Shown: positions 1 through 8,099 of the stretch, in pieces | Layout: every line of letters starts with the position of its first letter | How positions within the stretch are numbered: position 1 is the stretch's first letter | Assembly: GCA_964586015.1 (NCBI GenBank) | Contig: CAZPHK010000003.1 | Coordinates: 358 to 64,357 of the forward strand | Reading direction: 5' to 3' | DNA length: 64,000 bases | From: an uncultured Acidobacteriota bacterium | GTDB taxonomy: Bacteria > Acidobacteriota > UBA6911 | Translations under genes and position numbers: made by a program | Notes under the pieces: generated by a model | Seen by the model: only the letters and a program-made list of their open reading frames with translations | Database searches by the model: none | Told to the model about the DNA's origin: nothing

Positions 1-59
1 AGAGGGCATCCGGGGCCAAAGGGGTGGCTGAGGTCCACCAATTTCATATTGTCGCTCAT
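1..59 (-). CDS. N-terminal fragment of a cyclase/arylformamidase-like protein; the gene runs off the left edge
   Basis: Minus-strand ATG at 59 (second in-frame ATG at 47) preceded by GGAG. Reads MSDNMKLVDLSHPFGPGCP, like the MKxxDLSHP start of cyclase-family proteins. Only 19 codons are visible. Confidence 0.3.
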   Translation of the reverse strand, partial: MSDNMKLVDLSHPFGPGCP

Positions 60-81
60 TTCATAAACTCCAATCTTATCT

Positions 82-873
82 TTATCCGGCGACGGTGCCG
101 CCGTCCACATACAGGATTTGCCCGGTTACAAAATCAGACGCGGGAGAGGAAAGATAAACGGCAGCCCCGACGGAATCCTGAGTCAGCGCCGCCCTGCCCA
201 TGGGAATCCTGGACATGAAAATTTTGAACATCTGTTCGTTGTCCAAAACCTCCTGCGTCAACGGTGTCCAGAAAATACAGGGCGCGATCGAATTGACATT
301 GATGTTGTATTTCGCCCATTCGGTCGCTAACTGTTTGGTCAGCAGATTTACCGCGCCTTTACTGGTCCCGTAGGCGGCGTACCCGCTCGGATGCCCCGCA
401 AAGGCCCGTACGGACGAGATCGTGACGATTTTCCCCTTTTTCTTATCCTTGAAAATTTTTCCCACATGCTTGCAGCAGAGAAAGGTTCCCCGTACGTTTA
501 TGTCCATCACCTGCTGCCAGTCATCGATGGGAAATTCCTCTGCGGGAAAACGTTTTGCAATACCGGCGACGGTGACAAGGATATCCACGGTGCCGAACGC
601 CTTCAGTGTTTCCTTCACCAGGTTCTCTACATCCTCTTCAACAGAGACATCGCAGCAAATCGCCAGGGCTTTCCGGTCTAAAGCCTCGACGTCTCTGACA
701 ACCGGCCGGAGCGTCTCCAGTGTGCGGCCGGTTACCACAACATCGGCGCCATAAACCGCCAGTCCCTGTGCGATTGCCTGTCCCAGGGCTCCGGCGCCGC
801 CTGTCACGACGGCCACTTTGCTTGTGAGGTCGAACATGTTTCGAACGTAGTTCAGGTCAATGCGTGATTCCAT
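82..873 (-). CDS. Short-chain dehydrogenase/reductase (SDR) family oxidoreductase
   Basis: 263-aa ORF with Rossmann motif VTGGAGALGQAI and catalytic YAAYGTSKGAV (YxxxK). Confidence 0.9.
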   Translation of the reverse strand: MESRIDLNYVRNMFDLTSKVAVVTGGAGALGQAIAQGLAVYGADVVVTGRTLETLRPVVRDVEALDRKALAICCDVSVEEDVENLVKETLKAFGTVDILVTVAGIAKRFPAEEFPIDDWQQVMDINVRGTFLCCKHVGKIFKDKKKGKIVTISSVRAFAGHPSGYAAYGTSKGAVNLLTKQLATEWAKYNINVNSIAPCIFWTPLTQEVLDNEQMFKIFMSRIPMGRAALTQDSVGAAVYLSSPASDFVTGQILYVDGGTVAG

Positions 874-905
874 ATATTCACCGCCTTTCGCCGGATCGTT
901 CCAGC

Positions 906-1244
906 TTATTTGTATGTAATGATCACGAGCATGCTTGCAGGCCTGTTCGTATTGTTGACTATTGCCCTGGCTTCGTTGGGACCGACATACAATGAATCCC
1001 AGGACTTCAGCGCAAATGTTTCGTTCTCCGGAGTTGTTACCGTTACTTCCCCCTCAAGCACGAAATAAAGCTTTTCAGCCGGAGTCGCGTCCATCTCGGC
1101 ACCGCCGTTCGGCAGGAAATGGGAGAGACCCATCCAGAACTGCTGCGTTCCTGTTTCCTCTTTTCCATGCAGCTTCAACGCGGTCATATTGAAGTGTTTG
1201 GGCGGCGCATAGGGCTTCGCATCCAGAAATTCCACCTTTTTCAT
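906..1244 (-). CDS. Cupin domain protein
   Basis: 112-aa ORF of small beta-barrel type (GGAEMD...YFVLEGEVTV...GPNEARAI). Lies 32 nt upstream of the SDR gene on the same strand. Confidence 0.6.
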   Translation of the reverse strand: MKKVEFLDAKPYAPPKHFNMTALKLHGKEETGTQQFWMGLSHFLPNGGAEMDATPAEKLYFVLEGEVTVTTPENETFALKSWDSLYVGPNEARAIVNNTNRPASMLVIITYK

Positions 1245-1338
1245 CTTGTCTCCTTTCTTTGTTGCTGGAGCGTATCACATTATGGTATTAGAATACCACA
1301 ATGCGGTTTACGACACTTTCTCAAAAGGAGACCATGTG

Positions 1339-1722
1339 ATGAAATCGATAAAAGTCCTGCTTATTATGTCTGTCGCTCTTGTCTGCCTCGTTCCGGCATT
1401 CGCAGCCGACATTTCAGGCAAGTGGGAAGCCGTTATCACCACCCCGATCGGCGAGATGAACTACACTTTCGACTTTAAAGTTCAGGGTGAAAAACTGACG
1501 GGAACAGCCGTGATGTCCATGGGAGGAGAAGAATCCAGCAGATCCGCTTTAACGGAAGGCTCCGTGAAGGGTGATGAAATATCGTTTGTCGAAACGCTGA
1601 ATGTTCAGGGCCAGGAGCTCCGAAGCGAATATAAAGGCAAAGTCACAGGGGACAAGATTAGAGGTTCCCGAACGGTCGGCAGCTATCCGAGCGAGGATTT
1701 CGTCGCGAAACGCGTCAAATAG
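1339..1722 (+). CDS. Small secreted protein of unknown function
   Basis: ATG at 1339 follows AAGGAG (1325-1330). N-terminus MKSIKVLLIMSVALVCLVPAFA is a signal peptide. The longer track ORF from 1246 has no RBS. Confidence 0.55.
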   Translation: MKSIKVLLIMSVALVCLVPAFAADISGKWEAVITTPIGEMNYTFDFKVQGEKLTGTAVMSMGGEESSRSALTEGSVKGDEISFVETLNVQGQELRSEYKGKVTGDKIRGSRTVGSYPSEDFVAKRVK

Positions 1723-1796
1723 CATTTCGGATTCCAAGATCCGTCAGACGGATTCTGCGGCGAACAGACCGATTTCCTGAATCCTGGAGAGCAACC

Positions 1797-2732
1797 ATGG
1801 CCGACAAGCTGATTATCACTTCCGCGCTCACAGGCGCGATCACGATTCCAACACAGACGCCTCACCTGCCATTTACACCGGAACACCTCATCGCGGATGC
1901 CATCGCATGCAGCCGGGCCGGCGCCTCGGCCGTTCACGTGCATGCGCGCGATCCCGTGAACGGCCGCCCGCTTTCCGATCCCGATCTCTTCGAGCCGATT
2001 CTGAAAGGGATCAAGGCCGCGAGCAACGCAGTGGTCGGGATTACCACCGGCGGGGGCATGGGCATGTCCCCGCAGGACAGGCTGCGCGTGATCCCGCGAT
2101 ACCGCCCCGAACTGGCGTCGTTCAATCTCGGAAGCATCAACTTTTCCATACACCCGGTGGCAAAGAGATTCAAAGCCGGGGATTATAAGTACGATTGGGA
2201 ACAATCATACGTCGAAGGCACGAAGGATTTCATCTTTCGAAACACATTCGGCGATATGGAAACCTATTCCAGCACCTTCGCAGAGAACAACGTGCGTGCT
2301 GAATTTGAAGCCTATGATGTAGGGCATCTATACAATCTTCGGTTCCTGGTAAAGAACGGACTTGCGAAGCCTCCTTTATGGATTCAGTTTGTTCTGGGTG
2401 TCCTTGGCGGCCTGGCGGCGACCATCGAAGATCTTATAGTGATGAAGCAAACGGCCGACAGGCTCTTCGGAAGCGAGAATTACAAATGGTCGGTGATTGG
2501 CGTCGGTTATCCCGCCGAGATCAATCTTGCCGCGGTGGCGATCATGATGGGCGGCCATGTACGCGTAGGCCTCGAAGACAACATCTTCATCGGTAAAGGC
2601 AAGCACTGCACAAACGCGCAACTTGTCGAAAAGATCGTTCGGCTTGCGCGCGAGTTCGACCGGGATATCGCGACACCGGAGGACATGCGGGAAATTCTGG
2701 GGTTAAAAGGCGCGGGAGCGGTCGGATTCTGA
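1797..2732 (+). CDS. BKACE-family (DUF849) beta-keto acid cleavage enzyme, 3-keto-5-aminohexanoate cleavage enzyme-like
   Basis: 311 aa. N-terminus KLIITSALTGAITIPTQTPHLPFTPEHLIADAIACSRAGASAVHVHARDP is typical of the family. Confidence 0.8.
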   Translation: MADKLIITSALTGAITIPTQTPHLPFTPEHLIADAIACSRAGASAVHVHARDPVNGRPLSDPDLFEPILKGIKAASNAVVGITTGGGMGMSPQDRLRVIPRYRPELASFNLGSINFSIHPVAKRFKAGDYKYDWEQSYVEGTKDFIFRNTFGDMETYSSTFAENNVRAEFEAYDVGHLYNLRFLVKNGLAKPPLWIQFVLGVLGGLAATIEDLIVMKQTADRLFGSENYKWSVIGVGYPAEINLAAVAIMMGGHVRVGLEDNIFIGKGKHCTNAQLVEKIVRLAREFDRDIATPEDMREILGLKGAGAVGF

Positions 2733-2733
2733 T

Positions 2734-3402
2734 ATGAACGCGAATAAATTCATCAGCTGCGCCGAGGCTGTTGCGATGATCCCGGACGGAGCCTCAATCA
2801 TGATAGGAGGATTCATAGGTGTCGGGTCGCCTCATCGCATTATCGCCGAAATGGTTCGGCAGGGCCTGAAAAATCTTACGATCATCGCCAACGATACCGG
2901 CACGGAGAGTTTCGGGATCGGTCGGCTGGTTATGGCAAAGATGATCCGCAGGCTCGTTGCTTCTCATATCGGGTTGAATCCCGAAACGCAGCGGCAGGTG
3001 ATCGCGGGCGAGATAGAAGCGGAATTCTGCCCGCAGGGCACACTGGCAGAAAGAATTCGCGCCGGAGGTTTCGGGCTCGGCGGGATCCTGACTCCGACAG
3101 GCATGGGAACCGTAGTTGCAGAAGGCAAGCAGGTGATCGAAGTGGACGGGAGGCAATACCTGCTTGAAAAGCCTATAACGGCCGATTTTGCACTGATTGC
3201 GGCTCATCGTTCCGATTATCGAGGCAACCTGGAATATTCCCTGACCGCGCGCAATTTCAACACCGCTATGGCCACAGCCGCCCGGACCGTTATCGCGGAG
3301 CCGGAACATATCGTCCCGACCGGCGCCATTCCCCCGGATGCGGTTGCAACCCCGTTTGTTTGCGTGCATCACATCGTTGAGAGGGCCGGAACCAATGGAT
3401 AA
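2734..3402 (+). CDS. 3-oxoacid/acetate CoA-transferase subunit A
   Basis: 222 aa. DGASIMIGGFIGVGSP...LTIIANDTG resembles AtoD-type A subunits. Starts 1 nt after the BKACE stop. Confidence 0.85.
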   Translation: MNANKFISCAEAVAMIPDGASIMIGGFIGVGSPHRIIAEMVRQGLKNLTIIANDTGTESFGIGRLVMAKMIRRLVASHIGLNPETQRQVIAGEIEAEFCPQGTLAERIRAGGFGLGGILTPTGMGTVVAEGKQVIEVDGRQYLLEKPITADFALIAAHRSDYRGNLEYSLTARNFNTAMATAARTVIAEPEHIVPTGAIPPDAVATPFVCVHHIVERAGTNG

Positions 3403-4048
3403 TAAGGTGCTGATTGCGAAACGGGTGGCTCTTGAATTAAACAGCGGGAGCCTTGTAAATCTGGGCATCGGCCTGCCTACATTAGTTCCCAGGTATTTGC
3501 CTCCAGGCAGGGAAGTCTACTTCCAATCCGAAAACGGCATCATCGGCATGGCTCCGGTACCGGGAGCAGGAATGGAAGAACCCTCGCTCATCGATGCCGG
3601 CGGAAGCTTCGTCGGCGCCATTCCCGGCGCCGCCAGCATCGACAGCTGCCTTTCATTCGGCCTGATCCGCGGTGGTCATCTCGATTTGACCGTTCTCGGC
3701 GGCCTGGAAGTGGACGAGCAGGGGCGGCTGGCAAACTGGATGGTTCCGGGAAAGATGCTGCCGGGGATGGGCGGCGCTATGGATCTGGTAACCGGCGCCA
3801 AGCGCGTTATTGTCGCTATGTCCCATACAGCCAAAGGCAAACCGAAAATTGTAAAACAATGCTCTCTCCCTTTGACATCCGTGCGGCGAGTCAGCCTGAT
3901 TGTGACGGAAATGGCCGTGATCGAACCAACGGACGAGGGTCTGGTTCTCCGGGAGACAGCGCCGGGAGTAACCATAGAAGATATAGTAGCCGCGACGGAG
4001 GCCAGGCTAATTATTCCGACACACATTCCCGAAATGCCGTTAGAATAA
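3395..4048 (+). CDS. 3-oxoacid/acetate CoA-transferase subunit B
   Basis: Starts MDNKVLIAKRVALELNSGSLVNLGIGLPT. Carries the catalytic-Glu motif SENG. ATG at 3395 overlaps subunit A by 8 nt. Confidence 0.85.
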   Translation: MDNKVLIAKRVALELNSGSLVNLGIGLPTLVPRYLPPGREVYFQSENGIIGMAPVPGAGMEEPSLIDAGGSFVGAIPGAASIDSCLSFGLIRGGHLDLTVLGGLEVDEQGRLANWMVPGKMLPGMGGAMDLVTGAKRVIVAMSHTAKGKPKIVKQCSLPLTSVRRVSLIVTEMAVIEPTDEGLVLRETAPGVTIEDIVAATEARLIIPTHIPEMPLE

Positions 4049-4486
4049 GACTCCACAACAGTTCATTCCTGATCCCAAAGCTGCGGCAGGTCGTCGTCCA
4101 TGAATCTTCAACAAAAAGAGGAAGGGAGTCATTGAATGACCGGGGATAAAAACTGCTATTTCCTCTTGCGTCGATATGCTGCTAGCATCTATCCGGATCG
4201 GTTGTAGGATAGGGAATGAATCTCGTTTTCGTTCAAGTCGCTCGGTATTACAGTGCAGGCCGCTTTCATGAGAGCTTCGTCAATGATAGTCTGACCACTT
4301 AACGCGCCGGTCAACAGCAGCGTAGAGAATAAGAATGCAACGCGCTGTGGAATTCGGTATTCAGTCATGCTCATTTCCTAGGGCCTCTTCTCGGTCTGAT
4401 AAGTTTATGCAAATGCGTCGTCGCTCACGACATCGCCCAACAGCCGCCTTTATTTATAAAGTCTGCATTATTTAGAAAACTACATA

Positions 4487-5091
4487 GACTGGTTATAGTT
4501 CAAGATATATGAAGTGTAAAATTCTCAATGCGGGATAATTTTAGAACACTTCCATGCAGGAGAATAAAACTTTCTTCAATGGCCTCTGTAAGGAACTAAA
4601 GACAAAAGGGAAATTTCGGGCGTTTCATTAATATTTTGTTTATTGTGTAATAATGGAACATCGATTATTTGAGAAATCCTTTCGAGCTTTTCAATAAGGC
4701 GGGATGATATGACCGATTGCCCTTTCTGCACGCGAATCAACCGTTCGGACATCATCGCCGGCAATGAACTTGCCGCTGCATTTTACGACGGCTTCCCGGT
4801 GAGCCCGGGTCACACGCTGATTGTACCGCGCAGGCACGTGGCCGATTTTTTCGCCCTGACCGGCGAGGAGCAGGCGGCGATGTGGACGCTGGTCGCTGCC
4901 GTGCGGCGGATCCTCCAAGAAAAGCACGCGATCGACGGGTTCAATATCGGCATCAATATCGGCGAGGCGGGCGGCCAGACGATCGCGCATGCCCACCTGC
5001 ACGTCATCCCCCGATACGCGGGCGACGTCCCCGATCCGCGCGGCGGCATCCGATGCGTGATTGCAGCGAAAGCACGCTACTGGAAGGAGCC
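4487..5091 (+). repeat. Copy 1 of a perfect 605-bp direct repeat (leader + HIT gene)
   Basis: Identical to 9238-9842 (offset 4751). Every track ORF inside it recurs with an identical protein. Confidence 0.95.
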
Positions 5092-5095
5092 CTGA
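4709..5095 (+). CDS. HIT (histidine triad) family nucleotide hydrolase/transferase, copy 1
   Basis: 128 aa with histidine triad HAHLHVIP. N-terminal CPFC is typical of small HIT proteins. Confidence 0.9.
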   Translation: MTDCPFCTRINRSDIIAGNELAAAFYDGFPVSPGHTLIVPRRHVADFFALTGEEQAAMWTLVAAVRRILQEKHAIDGFNIGINIGEAGGQTIAHAHLHVIPRYAGDVPDPRGGIRCVIAAKARYWKEP

Positions 5096-5328
5096 CTGAA
5101 ACCACCTGCCCCCTGTGCGGGGAAGAAAGCCTGCAAACAATGCAGGGCACGTTCCGCTTCGATCCGCCACCCAACATTCCCGGCGGAACCATGATCATTC
5201 CGAATGCAACGTGGCAGCACTGCACTGCCTGCAACGAGGACATTATTCCATACGAGCTGGATCAGGCTATCGATCGCGAGCATGACAGACGGCTGGGACT
5301 ACCCGACCTCGAGAAGGGGCTTTCTTAA
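5053..5328 (+). CDS. YgiT/MqsA-type zinc-ribbon protein with no HTH domain
   Basis: CPLCG...(31 aa)...CTAC, followed by a short helical tail. Start is uncertain: ATG 5053 lies inside the HIT gene, or CTG 5092 overlaps the HIT stop at the position where copy 2 has ATG. Confidence 0.6.
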   Translation: MRDCSESTLLEGALTETTCPLCGEESLQTMQGTFRFDPPPNIPGGTMIIPNATWQHCTACNEDIIPYELDQAIDREHDRRLGLPDLEKGLS

Positions 5329-5424
5329 AACGCTTCACATTCTACTGCCGTTTCTCCGGATCCAGACTTTTATGAAAGATACTATAATGGGATATAGACG
5401 GTTGCAGACGGGGAAAACACTAAA

Positions 5425-5895
5425 ATGATTGAGTTTAAAACAGGCAATATTTTCTCTGAGGATGTTGAAGCCTTGGTTAATGCCGTCAATTGCGTCGGGG
5501 TTATGGGACGCGGAATTGCTCTCCAATTCAAAAAATTATGGCCTGCAAATTTTTCTGCCTATACTGCGGCATGCCACAGGAATGAAGTTCGGCCAGGACA
5601 AATGTTTGTTTTTGAAACAGCCCGCTTAACAAATCCGCGCTATATTATCAATTTTCCGACTAAACTCCACTGGCGTGATGCCTCACGTATTGAAGATATC
5701 GAGTCGGGGCTCGCCGCGCTCGTCGTAGAGATTCGAAAGCGGAATATTCAATCAATAGCGTTGCCGGCCATTGGCGCTGGTCTGGGCGGACTGTCATGGG
5801 ATGCAGTCCGCGCTCTTATCATGAAAGCGATGAAATCAGTCGCCGGAAGAAAAATTGTTGTTTACGGACCATACAGTGACAATGATTCACCCTAA
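5425..5895 (+). CDS. Macro domain protein (ADP-ribose binding / ADP-ribosyl hydrolase type)
   Basis: 156 aa. GNIFSEDVEALVNAVNCVGVMGRGIALQF and ALPAIGAGLGGL match macro-domain signature regions. Confidence 0.85.
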   Translation: MIEFKTGNIFSEDVEALVNAVNCVGVMGRGIALQFKKLWPANFSAYTAACHRNEVRPGQMFVFETARLTNPRYIINFPTKLHWRDASRIEDIESGLAALVVEIRKRNIQSIALPAIGAGLGGLSWDAVRALIMKAMKSVAGRKIVVYGPYSDNDSP

Positions 5896-5994
5896 AAGGT
5901 TTAAAACATCCGGTACGTGAAACGTAGAATAAGCCTCATATGACACCTGCAACCGAGCCAGGGAGGATTTGCCTCCATACCGATTTTTATTACA

Positions 5995-6023
5995 TTGACT
6001 ATTAATAGAATAGGTGTATAAAT
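5995..6023 (+). promoter_or_regulatory. Candidate sigma-70 promoter for the HD gene
   Basis: TTGACT (5995-6000), a 16-17 nt spacer, then TGTATAAAT (6015-6023). About 100 nt upstream of ATG 6127. Confidence 0.4.
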
Positions 6024-6126
6024 GGTGAATATAGATTGCAAAACAAAATTGCCAATTGATTTATAAGTTTCTCAGACAATGCTTCTTGTTATCAGATAAA
6101 TCAAAAGCTCGTGCGAAATCAGAACT

Positions 6127-7452
6127 ATGATCAAGAATATTCATGAAATCCGGGACCCGATACACGTTTTTGTAAGAATGGACACCGATGAGCGTAAGGT
6201 ATTGAATTCCCGGGCATTTCAGCGATTGCGGCACATCCACCAATTGGCCTTGTCTTACCTGGTATATCCCGGCGCCAGCCACAAACGATTCGAGCATTCA
6301 CTGGGTGTGATGGAATTATCCGGCAGAGTTTTTGATATTGTCACGCATCCGGATTCAGTCTCGGAACAAATACGAAAAATTTTGCCCGAAATTGCTATTG
6401 AAGACAAAAAGAGATATTGGAGGCGTGTAATTCGAATGGCGGCATTGTGCCATGACATCGGCCATCTGCCATTTTCACATGCAGCGGAGAAGCAGCTGCT
6501 TCCTGACGGGTGGGATCATGAACGGCTAACCAAAGAAATAATTCTTTGTGAGGAGATGCAAAAAATCTGGTCCGAAATGACTCCCCCTATTCGACCCGAA
6601 GATATTGTAAAACTGGCGGTAGGACCAAAATCCGCTGCCATGCCTTTTTCAAGTTGGGAGGCCATTCTTTCCGAAATCATTGTTGGGGATGCTTTCGGTG
6701 TCGACCGCATGGACTACCTGCTGCGGGATTCTCATCATATCGGAGTCAGTTATGGGAAATTCGATCATTATCGCCTGATCGACACACTCCGCATTCTTGT
6801 ATCTCCCTATGATGAAGAAAATGCAAGATTTTCCGAGCCAGTCCTCGGGGTTACGGAAGGCGGGATTCAATCCGCAGAAGCGTTGCTTCTGGCAAGATAT
6901 TTTATGTACTCCCAGGTTTATTTTCACCCCATCAGGAGAATTTATGATATTCATCTGATGGATTTTCTTAAGGACTATTTACCTGACGGCAAATTCTCAA
7001 CGGTAATTGATGATCATCTTCAAATTACAGACCATGAAATTATTGCATCTATGCTTGATGCGGCACGCAATTCCTCAAAAAGGGGTCATAAAACCGCAAA
7101 GAGAATTACGGATCGCCGGCATTTTCGTATTTTATACGAGCGTAATCCCGATGATATAAAGATCAATCCGGAAGCCGGGCAAGCAGTCTATGAGGCTTTG
7201 CTGGAGATATTCGGCGATGAAAACCTCAGACATGATAAAGATACACAGAAAGGCAGCGCTCATAACTTCCCGGTTCTCACTCGTGATGGTAGGATTGTTT
7301 CTTCCATGGAAATTTCGGAAGCATTGAATAATTTGCCTCTTATTGCAGTGGATTATGTGTTTATTGCGCCGGAACATAAAAAGGATGCTGAAGCATGGCT
7401 ACAAAAGAATCGTGAACGCATCATAGCGGCAAAATTTGAGGAGGAAGCATGA
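6127..7452 (+). CDS. HD-domain phosphohydrolase, SAMHD1-like dNTP triphosphohydrolase family (COG1078 type)
   Basis: 441 aa. Motifs HKRFEHSLGV, CHDIGHLPFSHAAE and FGVDRMDYLLRDSHHIGVSYG. Confidence 0.85.
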   Translation: MIKNIHEIRDPIHVFVRMDTDERKVLNSRAFQRLRHIHQLALSYLVYPGASHKRFEHSLGVMELSGRVFDIVTHPDSVSEQIRKILPEIAIEDKKRYWRRVIRMAALCHDIGHLPFSHAAEKQLLPDGWDHERLTKEIILCEEMQKIWSEMTPPIRPEDIVKLAVGPKSAAMPFSSWEAILSEIIVGDAFGVDRMDYLLRDSHHIGVSYGKFDHYRLIDTLRILVSPYDEENARFSEPVLGVTEGGIQSAEALLLARYFMYSQVYFHPIRRIYDIHLMDFLKDYLPDGKFSTVIDDHLQITDHEIIASMLDAARNSSKRGHKTAKRITDRRHFRILYERNPDDIKINPEAGQAVYEALLEIFGDENLRHDKDTQKGSAHNFPVLTRDGRIVSSMEISEALNNLPLIAVDYVFIAPEHKKDAEAWLQKNRERIIAAKFEEEA

Positions 7453-7994
7453 ACCGGCTAAAAAACTGCGTTTTGATACTGGAACTCTTAGAAAAGCTAA
7501 AGGATAAAGGAAGCTGGTGCGGAGAAACGCACATTCAGAAAGCTTCTTACTTTTTAAAAACGCTTGCAGATGTGCCTATGGATTTCGATTTCCTTCTGTA
7601 CAAACACGGGCCTTTTTCTTTTGAATTACGCGACGAATTAACGGCAATGCGAGCGGACGGATTGTTAAGCCTGCAGTCAAAATTTCCATACGGCCCGACG
7701 CTGGTTATCACGGACCAGGGCCGGGATCTTTTAAAAAAATTCCCGGTAACTTTAAAAAAATACAAAACCAACATTGATTTTGTTGCTGATAAATTGGGAA
7801 GCAGAGGAGTGGCCGATCTGGAAAAATTAGCGACCGCACTTTACGTCATAAAAGAGGAATCCTCCAGCACAACCAAGGAACAATACATAGCACGCATTAA
7901 CGAAATAAAACCACACGTCACTTTGCAGGAAGCTGAAAACGCCGTCGAAAAAGTTCAAAATATTATGGACGAATTCGTGACAGCTCAGGACTGA
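7449..7994 (+). CDS. Small partner protein of the HD gene; DUF4065/Panacea-like or YwgA-like (tentative)
   Basis: 181 aa with an ATGA overlap onto the HD stop. THIQKASYFL...FLLYKHGPFSFELRDEL resembles the KLQKLLYF...GP core of SocA/Panacea-type domains. This is recalled from memory, not searched. Confidence 0.6.
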   Translation: MNRLKNCVLILELLEKLKDKGSWCGETHIQKASYFLKTLADVPMDFDFLLYKHGPFSFELRDELTAMRADGLLSLQSKFPYGPTLVITDQGRDLLKKFPVTLKKYKTNIDFVADKLGSRGVADLEKLATALYVIKEESSSTTKEQYIARINEIKPHVTLQEAENAVEKVQNIMDEFVTAQD

Positions 7995-8099
7995 TACATT
8001 GAATGCAGTCAATCATCGCAGAATATCCTGCCCTGCAATGGAAAGCACCGAATGTCCGCGGATATAAAAAATTCGGGATAAGATATCCGTAGAAGATGT

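Noticed and set aside
4189-4374. 61-aa minus-strand ORF with a hydrophobic N-terminus next to repeat copy 1
   Set aside because: No convincing RBS and no recognisable family. It could be real but I cannot support it.
4576-4764. Identical 62-aa minus-strand ORFs in both repeat copies (also 9327-9515), plus the 137-159-aa ORFs antisense to the HIT genes
   Set aside because: Their identity simply follows from the DNA repeat. There is no RBS or motif, and they overlap the HIT start region and leader.
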